A DNA stretch of 64,000 nucleotides from Octopus sinensis (taxonomy: Eukaryota). The stretch lies in contig NC_043005.1 of assembly GCF_006345805.1 (NCBI RefSeq), positions 105,462,001 to 105,526,000 on the forward strand, read 5' to 3'. The number at the start of each line of letters is the position of its first letter. Position 1 is the first letter of the stretch. Positions 1-13,479 of the stretch are shown here, in pieces. A program made the position numbers and the translations under genes. The notes beneath the pieces were generated by a model that made no database searches, was not told the origin of the DNA, and was given only the letters and a program-made list of their open reading frames with translations.

Positions 1-485
1 AATGATATTAGACCGAGAAATCTTAGGTCAAGATTGAGTTGCTATTTCCCTCTGTCCTATACACTTTTCACTCTGCTGACCGTCGCTCATCGATACCACA
101 ATTACTGGTATCAACGCGTTGAAGTGGAGTCGGAACGAGTATCACGTGGCAGACAGGTGCGCCCGCGCGCGTGTCAGTCTCTTTACCGTTTGGAGTTCTT
201 GCGATAATGCATTGTCTGGATTCTAACAAAAGAAATAATTCTTCTCTGTCATTGGAATTTAGGCCCCAACTATATACAGTTGCATCTTACATTTCAGTAA
301 CACCTTATATATTTCCACTGTATTGCTTAAATGTTAAATTTGCTGACAACGACTTAGATCATTTCTTTGCTTACCTGAAAATATAAGCTTTTGTGGACAT
401 TTACTCAGGTGCATGAAAGATTTTGGCTATAAATGTAAATAAATAATTTGAGCAGAAAAGCTTCAAGTTTGGAAGTAATTGATTG

Positions 486-1718
486 TACAAAGTATATTTC
501 AGAAAATTTGAGACTTTTTTCATGGGAGACATTTATTAATTTCGAAGAAGTACAAAACTCCTTCAGAATAGGATACTCTGGTTTCAATGCACCTGTGGTA
601 GCACTCCAGCCACTTCGTTGAAGGCTCCATGGAAGTCGTCCAAAGTGAAAGTGCCCAAGATGTTTGTCACTGCTTACTTCAAAACGACTTTGCCCTGAGG
701 TCCTCTTTCAGTCTGGGGAACATGCAAAAGACTGTAGGGAGCGTGAGGGACAGTTTTGATCCCATCTTCGTTAAGTAGTTGGTTACCAGAATGGAACTGG
801 GGACTGGTACATTGCTTTGGGGCACGTTCCGCTGATCCGAGTGGAAATCCCACAAAATCTCCACAAAGTACCATTTGTAGATCTTTTGACCAGAGAGAGT
901 TCAGTGGATGTAGATGATGCCCTTGCTGTTGAAAAGGGGGATCCTCCTGAGCTTCCTGGTGAACCTGTTTGGGTCTGGGGGAGCTAGGATGCTTCCATTA
1001 GACACTCTGTGACTCTTGGCGTTTGAATCGTACCAGTAGATCCAGCTTTCCTCACAGGGTACCAGAGACTCAGGTACTCTTGGATTGGAGGTAATGAACT
1101 CAACCATCTTCTTGCTGTCACCAACGCGTCTTTAATTCCGTTCGTCACTCTGCACTCTGGGAATAAATTTTGCACAAATTTTGCGCATGCTCAGATCTTC
1201 ATGAATAATTCTGTACAATTTCCACGCCTAATCCAAACCGTATTCATATTGTCTTTATAAACGCCCGACGTTCTTCATCCAGAAAATTGCGATTATGTTC
1301 TGATGTCCCTCTACTTCCTACACCTCTCTCGTCTCTTACCTCTTCTCTACAATCTTTGAACTTCTTGTGCCAGTGACAAGATGATGCCCAGCTCCTACAA
1401 GTTAGTCCATTAGCATTCTGGAGCATTTCATAAGTTTCTGTAGCCTTTTAAACCCAGTTTAACACAAAAATTTATTGCATAGCGAGCTTCCAAATTGTCT
1501 TCACGTCCCGACTGCATTCGGAAAATTAGTCAGCTGTGACAAGCAGTGTTTAGCAGGGTGTGTTCAAAATGCTGTTACAGACGTCCTCTTTAATCTGCAA
1601 AAAGTGTCGTTTGGTCAGTATTTTAGTTGTATAGTAATGATATTTCAAATTTGCAATAATTTAGGATAATAATAACTTCTGGAATGAACCTCTCAAATTT
1701 TCTCTCGCTTCCTCCCTA
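486..1718 (-). mobile_element. Degraded near full-length mariner (Tc1/mariner, DD34D type) DNA transposon
   Basis: Minus-strand translation across frameshifts gives MQSGREDNLEARYAINFCVKLGLKATETYEMLQ (ATG 1517), WHKKFKDCREEVRDER, LSMRKICAKFIPRV, LVPCEESWIYWYD, FNSKGIIYIH and GIKTVPHAPYS. A 13-bp inverted terminal remnant is present: agaaaatttgaga (501-513) and tctcaaattttct (1691-1703). Length is about 1.2 kb. Confidence 0.85.
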
Positions 1719-2256
1719 ATTTTGAATGAATCGTTCAAATTCATTGGAATTGACAACAAGAAGAGTAAAAAAAAGTTTTGTTTTCGGTCAGATGAAAAAA
1801 AGGGGAAAAAAACGTTATCCCTGTATTTCTTGTAAAAGAATCGATGGGTGTACCCAGCACCAAATGTATTTTATATTTTCCCAAAGAAGTTCTTCTTTCA
1901 GAAAGCACTGTATATATTAATTTAGAACATATGTTTTGCTTAGCTGATAAAGCATAACGATTTAATAGGAAAATTCCCCTCTCCTTCTTTTCACTTCTGT
2001 ATCGAACGATTATATTGTCTTCTGTTTCACATTCATCTTCTGTTTCATTTTTCTGTTTCACATATATCCAATCAAAACATAATATCTCTACTCTGTCTCA
2101 AATATATCCCATTATTAGATAATCGTCGAAATTGGAAATGAGAAACTCTGAGTAACGCTTTGTGAAATTTCAGTTTCTAATGAAATGTGCGCGCGTGTGC
2201 GTGTGCACACGTCTATATACAAGTACACTTGCATTTATATATGGTTCTCAGTTACT

Positions 2257-2415
2257 GCAGCGATGACGGAGTGACCCAAAAGTTACCTACAAAAACATGA
2301 GCCCCTGGATTCGATCGCTCTGAATGGTTTCTGGGCAAATGTTTTTGTCGATAGCTTCGAGTCGGTCCAAGTCTTGTGAACGAAACTGTAGACTAAAACT
2401 GCACCGAACAGTTGG
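2257..2415 (+). mobile_element. Highly degraded tRNA-derived SINE 5' part
   Basis: B-box-like ggattcgatc is followed by gggcaaatgtttttgtcgatagcttcgagtcggtccaagtcttgtga. This resembles ggcaagtgtcttctgctatagccccgggccgaccaatgccttgtga in the intact SINE at 63151. Confidence 0.45.
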
Positions 2416-3013
2416 CGTCTTGTCAAACATGACCACGCTGACTTTTCATGCGGATTGCACGAATGGTAACCGTGTCTCTGGGATTCTCAATCAGATGTAC
2501 AAGTAGATTGAACAACTGGAATACTCGTCGAAAATGACGGAAACTTCACATGTCATGTATGTGTGTATGTGTGTGTGTGTTTATGTTTCTATCAATACTT
2601 GTATAAGTTGGTATACAAGAGTGGCTGTTTGTATGTATACTCGTATATGCGTGTACTTGAAGTACGTTATAGAATCATAATCTAATCCTCGGCTTTGATT
2701 TCATTAACAAGAATAAAAAAAAAACAATTCTCACATTTGCAACATGTGTGTGCGCGTGCTCCAGCTGAGGGGGAAAATGCCTCAGATTGTTCTGCATACT
2801 AAATACAAATATTGTAAAGTCCCAGATGTACAACTCAGGGATAAAACTTTGACTAACTAAGATTATCCTTGCAATTCATAGACTAAATATAAGTTTTTTA
2901 AAATGTAGCATATATTATAGAGGTAACTTAATTCAATAAAAATTAGAAATTTTGGCGAATATAGGAAATGCGGTGGGTGGATTTGGTTTTACGCCAACTA
3001 GCGAAGGTAATGA

Positions 3014-3067
3014 GTGTATATGTATATATACAAGCACGTGTATGTATATGAGCGTATATATATATAT

Positions 3068-3138
<71 letters not shown>

Positions 3139-3385
3139 GTATATATATATATTGTTTGTGTACATGTGTCTATGGTTGACTGAACATAATCTTATAATGA
3201 ATGCGTCAAATCTATTTAAATCACTTAATCTTAATATTTGATGTACGCAAATTTGTATGTATAGTATGTGTGTGTAGATATGTATATATACATATTATAT
3301 ATATACATACACATGTATGTATATATACATTATATATATATATATATAATATGTAATATACATACACACACACAGACACACGCAT
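3014..3385. repeat. (TA)n/(TATG)n/(CA)n microsatellite mosaic
   Basis: Directly visible dinucleotide runs. Confidence 0.95.
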
Positions 3386-3529
3386 ATGTACTGGAAATAC
3401 CACTTATGTTTATTTTTTTTCTATTGGCAATATGACAACCTCAAAATGTTCTAGTCTCTATATGTGTTTTTATTTGCATTATATATGCCTCGTACTTCAT
3501 GATATGCCTCTCTTTTTTTTTCTCTTTCA

Positions 3530-4612
3530 GATATTTTGATTTAAATAAGTGAAAATGCATGTCCTATCTGATTTCCAAAGCAGACAAATTGTTGGAGCGC
3601 GGATGGTTGGACCTTCAGTCATTAAAAAATGCTGAATTTTTTTTTTAATGTTTCAAGAGTTATAGCTTCTAAAATAATTTTGGCATTCCAAAACCAAACT
3701 AAAACCAACCCTGGCAAGCATAATTCTGGACGAAAGGCAAAGCTCACAGAGAAACATCGTAGAACTGTGAAACTTATTAATGACTAAAAGCCATAAACTG
3801 CAGTAGCAGAGTTACACCACTTCTTGGCCAACCTCGTGTCAATCAAAACCGTTTGTTGCAATATTTATAAAGTTGGATACCATGCAAAGGTCGCAGTTGC
3901 TAAATCTCTCCTATACTCATCAACCGAAAAAATGGTGGCTAGGCTATTGGAAGTAGTCAATGACTCAACGGAACAATGCCATCTTCTCTGATGAATCTTA
4001 ATTAATCTTTTTCTTCCCATTTCGGAGCAAATTTATGTCTGGTGACTGTTCAAAGAAGTCTTGAAACTTAACTTTTTGGCCTCAACCGTCAAGCATGGAA
4101 GCAAACCGGAGATGATTTGAGCAGCTGTATCACGGATTTCTATTAGCCCCTTAGTCGTTGTACATGGCAAATTTAATGCCAAGAATTATCTGTGTACTTT
4201 GGTTTTCATGTCCATTTTATAGTACAAACATTATTCCCTGATGATGGCAGTCTTTTAGGACGATAATGCGCCGACTCACGCGGTTAATGTTATTCAAAAT
4301 CGGTACAAATGGCACAAAATTGAAGTAGGTAACGTTGAATGGACCCCTACAGTCACCGGAAATCAAAAACCTATGGTGCATTTTGGAGCGGCAAGTGGGG
4401 AACCTTTTCCCTATGGCATCGTCACTGAAAGTGCTAAAGCAGATTTTACTTTAGATTGGTTCACAGTTTCCCTAGTAACCGTTAAGAGCCTGTGCAAGTC
4501 AATTCCTCGACGTATTAAAGTTGTGATTGATCCCAAATCTGGACCACCTCTGTCTTAAATGATAAAACACCCATTGAACAAGGTGTTTACTTTATTTTGT
4601 CCAATTCCCTCC
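3530..4612 (+). mobile_element. Degraded Tc1-like (DD34E) transposon
   Basis: Fragmented translation gives LSDFQSRQIVGAR, NSGRKAKLTEKHRRT, IFSDES, TVKHGS..MI*AA, DDNAPTH, QSP...LWCILERQV and SIPRRIKVVI. It ends in the Tc1-type terminus ggtgtttactttattttgtccaattccct. Confidence 0.8.
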
Positions 4613-4658
4613 TCGCTCTGTATATATATGGAATAGTTACTATGAAGCATTGTGTAGA

Positions 4659-4814
4659 ATATATTGTATAAAAGATCGCGGGTAAGGCCAAAACAATGCG
4701 AAGTAAATGCAAGGAAAATCACAAGAAAACAACTATGTGAATTAATGTAGACTTACCTTGTATTCAACATTTCGCATTGTTTTGGTCTTACCCACGATCT
4801 TTTATACAATATAT
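4659..4814. repeat. Inverted repeat (44-bp arms, 68-bp spacer)
   Basis: Arm 4659-4702 matches the reverse complement of 4771-4814 with 2 mismatches. Confidence 0.9.
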
Positions 4815-5947
4815 ATATATATATATATATATGTCTATACACACACACACACACATATGCAAGAGAAACCCCCCAGAACTGGATGCCAGTATCTAAGCAT
4901 TATTTAAGCTTAACTAGATTACCAATGAAGGAAATCAACCGAGACCAATGTAAGTGACCCCCAAAAACTATGAATCCACAAACACCTTCTTCTTTACCAG
5001 AATGAAGAACAACTCGAAATAATGAAAGTGAGATATAGAAATTCCCAAACGATCATCGGATATGTGTATTCCCATCATTAGCTGGTTTTGATACTTGAGA
5101 AGTGCCTTTGGATCAGGTGCTGTCAACAGCGCTAAAGATATAAATGCTGCCTGAGAATCCACCAGTTTATTACTATGCGTAACAACTTTAGAGCAAACAA
5201 ATAGTGATGACTACTCAGTACTAATATAACAAAGAATGTATTTCAAAAAAGGCATTCGGACAATACAAACAAACAGACATCTAGATGCATTGTTTCTCAA
5301 TCAACATCACATCATGAGCACGGAATCACATCCAACACAAGCCTAATAAAGATGAATGGAACATACATCTCAAATGTTGGTATCACTGAGGGATGTGCAG
5401 AAGTTGTGTTGTGGCTTGCTTGCAGGTGCATTGCTGCTGTTGAAATTACCTTTTAAATATTTAATAATACTATCGTTATTTAGCCCTAGGTCTACACTGC
5501 TTGCATAGTCCATTGATCAAATTTCTTTCAACAGCATTCACTTTTGGAATGAATTTGACCCTAGGGTCACTCAAAGAGGTGTCCTCCTATTTAAATAACA
5601 GCAAACATTTGAGGGTATCTGGTTGCTATTTCTAGCAGATTGAGTAACTCTATAAAAGATTCCTCGTTGCTGTTGTTGTCATTTGAGCTTGCTTCTCTGC
5701 TTTACCTTTTTAGTACGTGTTTCTGATACACTAGAATCCACCCCATCACTATGAGAATTGTGTTTAATAGTTCAGTGCAAATGGCTAGGACTTCCTTTAA
5801 ACCTCTGAAATCGTAGGTTTGTGCACATTTTGTTGCAACTTGTTTCCTACATAGAGAATTTGATGTTTGACCAGTTTTACCAACTAAACACCCATCAATT
5901 ACAAAGTCTGATTCCCACCTTGAGCAATATACACCCTTTCTTTCACT

Positions 5948-5985
<38 letters not shown>

Positions 5986-7019
5986 CTTCACTATTGTACA
6001 TAACAAAATTCAACAAAATCTTTGGTATTGTTACTATGTTTGGTCCTCCTCACACAATTTCTGTCAGGATGTAACAGGACCAAGTTGTGAATGTAGGATT
6101 GTTGTTATCATTGCTATTGTTGTTGTTGTTGTTGTTGTTGTTATAGTTGCTGCCATTGCTGCTGCCCATTGGTTGTTTTTAGCTGTACAAGTAATGCTGT
6201 TGTTAAAGGTAATACGATAGCAGTGACATTAACAAATAATATTGATTTTGTGGTTATTTATATTTCATTAAATAAAAAGTGAGAAGGGGAAAGAGGGGCT
6301 GTAGCTGTATCCCTTACATTATTTGCAGACTGATGAGCTGGGTGTGGAGAATGTTCAGCTTGAGCCTGTGTGGGTCAACATTAGCAGGGACAATGTGGTA
6401 ATTTTGTGGAGGAAGGACTGTGCTGGCAAAGGGTTTCTCATTGGGCATAAGTGGGGAGTCACTGTAGAATTGATGAGAGATAAATAGACCCAGGAGGAGA
6501 AACACAACATGAGTGAGAATAAAGGTTCAGTAGAAATGGTATCCAGCTTGTTAATTCAGAAATGTTAACAGTAGAAGTGGCAGACAGAAGAAACAGCATC
6601 TGGGGCCTAAGGAACAGAATAGGATGCGGGTGAGTGAAAATTTGGTAATCAACCAAAAAGATTCTTGTGGCTGCAGTAGCACTTTCCTTGTGATATGTTC
6701 AACATTCTGGTGTGGCCTTAACTGTATTACAATGTGGGTTGCACTTGAGATTTGTACATTGATAATGACTGATTAGGGCTTAAGTATTTTCCAAAGAAAC
6801 TTGGTCTTTGCGATGAAGTTATAGCAGTGTTATATATGTGAAATCCCCGTGAAGGATCATTACAGACTGTTTGGTGTTTTCAGAGCTGTTTTAGAGACAG
6901 AACCACCTTCAACTCAATCAACACTGAAAGATTTTATACCTGACCACTCCATAAAATGTTAAATATTAAATATTATACTAACTATATCTATTCTGAATCC
7001 CATATTTTCCGTTTATAAG

Positions 7020-7210
7020 ACTACCCGTGTTTCACGAAAGTACGTTGGATAGCGCAGCATTTGAACTCCTTTAAAAATAAAAAATTAATGAATTCGACAG
7101 GCTTAAGTAAATATATTTGGGGTTTAAAATCCAAAGAAATCAACTGCAAACTAAAATGGGAGATAATATGTAAAGCCAATTCATATAGAATAGGGAATAC
7201 ATTATGTACT
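7020..7210 (+). mobile_element. Penelope-like element GIY-YIG endonuclease C-terminal fragment
   Basis: Translation NSFKNKKLMNSTGLSKYIWGLKSKEINCKLKWEIICKANSYRIGNTLC matches the PLE endonuclease pattern SF.......T.LS.YIW.LK.......KW.I. Confidence 0.72.
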
Positions 7211-7656
7211 GTCTTCTCTCAGTATAGCAATGAGAGTCTTCTTATACAATATTTTTCTACAACATCTTCCAACCGTTATCTTCTTTATACTAATGGGGAA
7301 GATGTAGTTGAAAAGTTATAAAGAAATCTAGAGATCTATGGTCATGCACATATTTCTGTGTAAATCTGTTACTGGGTAAAATCTGAAATGTTTCATGCCA
7401 AATCATGTGTCATCATAAGATAACATTAACCTCTCAGCCAGTTCCCTTTTTTTACTAAATTTTAGTAATTTTAATTCAATTAAAACCTTTATGTTAGTTA
7501 TTTAGGGTGCACCTGATTCTATCTCAAGTGATCAGCTGAGATTTCCTTGTGCAGAGCACTGGCCTTGGGAGTTCACTTTTTAAAAAGTGATGGTTGTTTA
7601 CATGTGTATGTTTGTGTGTGTGTGAATGCATATTTATCACCACCACCACCACCACC

Positions 7657-7671
<15 letters not shown>

Positions 7672-7688
<17 letters not shown>

Positions 7689-7890
7689 TCAACATCTGAA
7701 TTGGATGGTTTCACAGGAACTGGCAAGCTGGAGCACTCCACCAGGTTCCAGTCGTCTGGTTTGGCAGGGTTTCTATGGCTGGATGCCCTTCTTAATGCCA
7801 GCCACAGAGTACACTGGGCTCTTTTTACAAAGGGCTGGCATCGGCACACTTTGATATGGTGCCAGCATGAGTGCTTTTTTTGCATGACGA
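7672..7890 (-). mobile_element. Retroposon 3' tail fragment with (ATG)n/(GTG)n tail
   Basis: The motif tttctatggctggatgcccttcttaatgccagcc lies next to a (CAT)n run. I recognise this as a widespread LINE/SINE 3' end. Confidence 0.5.
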
Positions 7891-8304
7891 AGGTATGGGT
7901 GTTTTCTTAAGTGGAGCTAGCATGGGGGCTGTTATACATGGGTTCTTGCAGAGATGAATTAAAAGTGCTAGTGATGAAATATGAGTAACGTTATAAAATA
8001 TTTCCTTCATTTTATTCCTCAGGTGTGGACATGAGAAATAAACCATGAAAGTTTAACATATGGAGTGGATATTGTATGAATCTACAGTAGGTTGGTTGGT
8101 AAGTAGGCTATTGTGTTTATATGTGTGTCCAAATGTGTGGTGGAAAGTGACCAAGGCAGGAAGCATTGCCTTCGTAGGATCTGGAACTTGTATTTTGCTA
8201 AAAGAAATATTATGACAGTGCTATTCAGTGTGTGTTCACAATGAGGGGTGATTAGAGATTGTTGGGTGTTTCCAGAGCCAGTGCCAGAATATTCATGTCC
8301 TGTC

Positions 8305-8830
8305 TTGTCTTGAGACAGCATTCACCCAGGGTGGGTTGAGCTGTCTTCATTCATCCTCAATGCAGCATCTCTTAGAAAAGCTGACCAGACCTGGCGATTT
8401 GAGGCTAACAAACGCCATAGATATGGGGGCCAAGGTTGGGTTCCAGACCAGCCTTGACTGTCATCAGCCAGGTTTTCCGTTGTCCACCACTTCACTTTTG
8501 CCAACCCTGAAGGGGTGCTGGGGCAATTGCTTCGTAGATGAATTCTCCTGGTTGACGACGGTGAGCATGACCCAGCCAATGCAGACGTCTTGTTAGGATG
8601 ACTTGTAGAGGGAGGTGATTTTGCACTGGTGTCGCACCAACATTCCTCATGTTCATCGCAGCGTATTCATGGCCTTAGGTCTGCCCTACAACCTGTTCTC
8701 TCTGTACAACAATGAGAGCCTCCTTCTCTTGTGCCATGACAACAAGCTGGAAATCACCATGCTGATCTACGTAGAGTCTAACAATCCAACGGTCAGTTCT
8801 TTGAGGAGGTGAAGGAAATCCTTTTTGCTG
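8305..8830 (-). mobile_element. RTE-clade LINE 3' fragment
   Basis: Minus-strand translation gives RKTWLMTVKAGLEPNLGPHIYG and WSAFLRDAALRMNEDSSTHPG*. A (CAAGA)n-like tail follows at about 8305-8312. Confidence 0.65.
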
Positions 8831-9319
8831 TCTCCTTAGCAGCCTAATGGCCTTAGTTTATATCTCTTCATGTGTGTTTATGGATATCAAATATTAAAGG
8901 CTATGCGTGGGAGGATTGTGTATTCATGTCCAGAAGCTTAGTGGTCAAAAGATACATCATTTACTGTACCAAGGGTTTATATATATTCCCATGTATGCAT
9001 AAAATGTTTTAAATAAATAAACAAATGAAAATTGTTATTCAAGTGTTGAGTTTCTCTTCTCCACTCACTTATTTCTCCCTCATTCTATCCATCTGTCTCT
9101 CTCTATATCTTCCTTCTTCATTAAAACAAACCCAATCTTTTCCTCTTGCCTTCCTTTCTCTCCAAAATAATTATTCCTCCTGGGGCCATGAGGTCAAAAT
9201 CATAATTTTTTTTTTTTTAACCGAGAGAAAGTTATGATTCAGATTTGAAGGAAGTGGGCAAGAGAAAGAAAATTCAGTTATTTATTTATCATATTTGCTC
9301 TCTGAGTCCATAAACATCA

Positions 9320-9543
9320 GCAGCAGCAGCAGCCACAACAACAGAATCATCATCATCATCATTATCATCTTTAATATTATTTGAATTTTTTACATTTTCA
9401 TTGTTTTTTTTTTTGTTTTTTTCTGTGTTCCTATTTTTTTTATATCTGAAAGATTTTAAGAAATGATCAAAAGAATGTCAAAGGTCTATTAAAATCTAAT
9501 TTGGAATTTTAAAAATTAAGGGGAGTTTCTTCAAAGAATTAAC

Positions 9544-9622
<79 letters not shown>

Positions 9623-10138
9623 ATTTTGTTATCATTTCCAAAATCTTCCTCTGATAAAGAATTTGAAAATAAGTTTCAAAAAGTGATAACAATAACAAAA
9701 GAAAACATAAAGGAAGTGTGTGTGGGGGGGGGGGGGAGTACGATAAAAAAATAAACTCTATAATAAATAACCAATCTTGCTTATTTAATTTTTTTATGAA
9801 ATATTATTTTTACTTCTTTTATATTTCATTTTTATTTGTATTTACATTTTTCTATATTTTCAAAGACTTACAATCAAGTTAATTATTAATTGAACATTTT
9901 CGATGAAGCTAATGGATGTTTTCTTTTTTTTATGTTTGTTCTTATTGCAGTTGTTGTTATTGTAGTCATTGTTGTGCTTATAGTTGTTGTTGTTGTTGCT
10001 GTTAGTGATATCTTGCTCCATAATCTGTGGAGATGTTTATCAATGAAATTAATAAATTTGATTAAAATCTTGAAATCTTGTGTTATTGCCACGGTCAGAA
10101 ATGAAGAATTAAAAAAAAAAAAAGAATTAGAATAATGA

Positions 10139-10170
<32 letters not shown>

Positions 10171-10260
10171 GGAATGATAGCAATGTTGGTAATAATAATA
10201 GGAGTTGCAGCAGCAGTAACAACTATAATAGCAATAATAATAATGATAATAATAATGATG

Positions 10261-10322
<62 letters not shown>

Positions 10323-11089
10323 TTTAAAATGATTTCTTCTCCAGAAAGCCTCAATGCTTTATGAAAATAACGATATTGATGATGAGATTGTAGATGTGAG
10401 GATGATGGTGATGGTGATGGTGGTTGTGGTGGTGGTGATGGCTTAGATGGTATTGGTGTAATTGACAGTAGTTAAATTAATAAAGTTGATGAAGATGATG
10501 ATTATGATGATGATGATGATGAGGAGGAGGAGGAGGAGGAGGACGCGTTTCTTATATCGATGATAAAAAATATCTAGAAATAACAGACCAAATAGAAAAA
10601 AAAAGAAAAGCAATGAGTGGGAGAACAAGAGAAATAACAAGTTAGAAGGAAAAGATGATGTAGATAATAACGAGGGTGACGATGATGATGATGATGATGC
10701 TGATGTTGGGGATGATGATGGTGTTGTTACTTATAATGATAGTGATGATGTTGATGATGGTATTGTTAAAAATAATGGTGATGATGGTAGTGGTGGTGAT
10801 GATGATGATGTGGTGAAGTTGATGGTGAAGATGAGTGTGATAATGATGATGATGATGATGATGATGACAATGGAGTTGGTGATGATAATGTAGATAGCAG
10901 AGTTTGTAAAAGAAAAATAAGCCATTCTACATTGTTTGTTACTAACAAAAGAGAATCACAGACGGGACAATTCCATTGACAGAATGGTAGCAATGGATGT
11001 GGTCCTGGTAGTGTGGTCAATGGTCAGTGGGAACATGGAACGGTGATGGTATATTTTATCATCATCATCATCGTAACACTGTTACCAAC

Positions 11090-11157
<68 letters not shown>

Positions 11158-11420
11158 CACTGTAACTGTCAATAATAGCATAACAATCACTACTAATAAT
11201 ATCACCCCTAATACTTCCACCACCACCACTGCTACCAATTTCTCCATTACAACAAATACCAGCACTGCTAATGTATCATCACTTCCTAGTTTCACAACCG
11301 TTCATGCCACCACCATTACTGCTACCACCACCACCACCATCACCACCACCGCTGCCACCACCGCCGCCACCGCCACCGCTGCCGCCGCCACCACAACCAC
11401 CACCACTTATTCTACAATCG
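9320..11420. repeat. Dense cluster of different trinucleotide microsatellites (CAT, ATT, ACA, ATA, GAT, GGT, ACT, CCA)
   Basis: Directly visible runs. Confidence 0.95.
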
Positions 11421-12507
11421 TCATCTTCCTTACTGATCATCACCAATGTGTAAGAGATCATCACCGAAACGTTGGTAAACACGTGTATTGCGAGAAGGAG
11501 ATCGTCCCTCGGTGGACCTTTGACCACATTAATAAATACAGGTGGGTATTGTAAATGAATTGAGAGTGTTTAACCTGGATCTGAACCAGCGCTTTCCTAA
11601 CACTTCATCACCACCCCACAGTGCTCAGGCCCTAAGGTACAGATTACACAATTAAATGATATAATAAACGAAATTACTGAAAATGGAGAGAGAAAGAGTC
11701 CGAGGGTAACAGGTAAACAATTAGTGAGTCCAGTCTGTGTCATAGTTTCAGTTCTAGCTTGAAGCTATTTTTCTTCTCTCATAACACTAATGTGATTGGG
11801 AAACTCATGAACATCGTTAGATTGCGATTACAATCGCGACTTTGCTCATATATATACGATGTCACGGATGAACGTACTGGGATGAGTATGAAATCTAGGA
11901 ATAAAGTGAATTCCATGCATCCCTTTCCTTGTGATTTCTTAATTCCCATTTCAGATTTCTAATTCTGTTTCATATTGTGATGAACTGGTTGTCCTCAGTG
12001 TAATAGCTGCACGCGTTAGGGGACCACATGGATTTGAGAAAATCTTAGTTGTGGATTCGTGAAAATCCATTTTAAACTATTGGCAATGGCCGAGGCGTTT
12101 GCGCTTATGAATAGATGTCTGTTCTACTACATCCACAAAGGATTATTTTTTAGAAATAAAAGCGTGAAACGAATGTCTACATCTCAAAGAATATATTGGA
12201 AACGGCTTAAGTTGTTTGCAACAAAAACTGAAACTACTATGAGACATTTTCTCGAAGTGGAATTCCTTGAAACGGTTATTATTCTGTAGGAAAACAATAA
12301 GAACTTTCTTTTCTATTGATTCTGAACCATAAAATGTTCTATTAAGAAATGAAGCAAAGAACGAAACACATTCCAAGAATTTCCTCCAGGCAGACACTTT
12401 TCGTCTTCAATAAAATGTTTCGCTTCATGAATGTGAAACGTTTCGCTTCACAAATACACTAATTAGACATGTATTTAATTAATAAGTCGCAGGTTATGTC
12501 ATGTTGT

Positions 12508-12895
12508 GGAGGCGCAATGGCCCAGTGGTTAGGGCAGCGGACTCGCGGTCATAGGATGGCGGTTTCGATTCCCAGACCGGGCGTTGTGAATGTTTATTGA
12601 GCGAAAACACCTAAAAACTCCACGAGGCTCCGGCAGGGGATGGTGGTGAACCCTGCTGTACTCTTTCACCACAACTTTCTCTCACTCTTACTTCCTGTTT
12701 CTGTTGTACCTGTATTTCAAGGGGCCGGCCATATCACTCTCTGTGTCACGCTGAATATCCCCGAGAACTACTTTAAGGGTGCACGTGTCTGTGGAGTGCT
12801 CAGTCACTTACACGTTAATTTCACGAGCAGGCTGTTCCGTTGATTCGGATCAACCGGAATCCTCGTCGTCGTAACCGACGGAGTGCTTCCATTCC
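12508..12895 (+). mobile_element. Full-length tRNA-derived SINE with 11-bp target site duplication
   Basis: A box tggcccagtggttagg and B box ggtttcgattccc are present. The TSD atgtcatgttg lies at 12496-12506 and 12896-12906. Confidence 0.9.
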
Positions 12896-13479
12896 ATGTC
12901 ATGTTGATGATTTCTAAAGACAATGAAATACAGTTCTATATTTAAGAGATGAGGAATTATGTACATTATTTACATTATACCTTAGGAGTGAGAAACCAGG
13001 TTCGATGTGATTTATGCACATTTTCTTAATATCGCCTTAATTTCAATTCCAAATTACTAATACTGCTTCATATTATGATGAAATGGTTATCTCTCTTGTA
13101 ACAGCTGCGACAATTAGGGGGCCACGTATAGAATAAAATCAAATCATTCGAAGATCTCATTGTTGCGTTGTTAGAAAGCGTAAACCCCACACAAGAAAGG
13201 TGCTTCCATGTATGAGACAGTGCTGCTTCTGACACTCAAGCATATTGGACCATATTCAAAATATTGCCATTTGACTTAGTTACAATGTGTTGTTGTTTTT
13301 TTCTCTACGCGGACGTCTTAGCTTCAACGTAACTTAAAGACAGCTGCAAGCTTAGTCCGCTTTCATTTTCATTTTCGCTGTGACTGAACCATTCGAAATG
13401 TTTTATAGTTTACATAAAAAGTACTGCTACTGCTTATACTATAAAGTAATCAATCCAGTACAAATCATCTCTATTACTA

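Noticed and set aside
6840-6950. CYICEIPVKDHYRLFGVFR, reminiscent of a Polinton/Maverick-associated C..C..RDHCH motif
   Set aside because: It is a single short degenerate match with no other Polinton genes nearby.
11954-12410. Possible protocadherin fragment (FSIDSE, YFLEIKA spacing)
   Set aside because: The cadherin DxD, DxNDN and LDRE motifs are absent in both paralogous copies.
12508-12580. tRNA gene
   Set aside because: A and B boxes run directly into a SINE body with a TSD and no acceptor-stem 3' half, so it is a SINE head.
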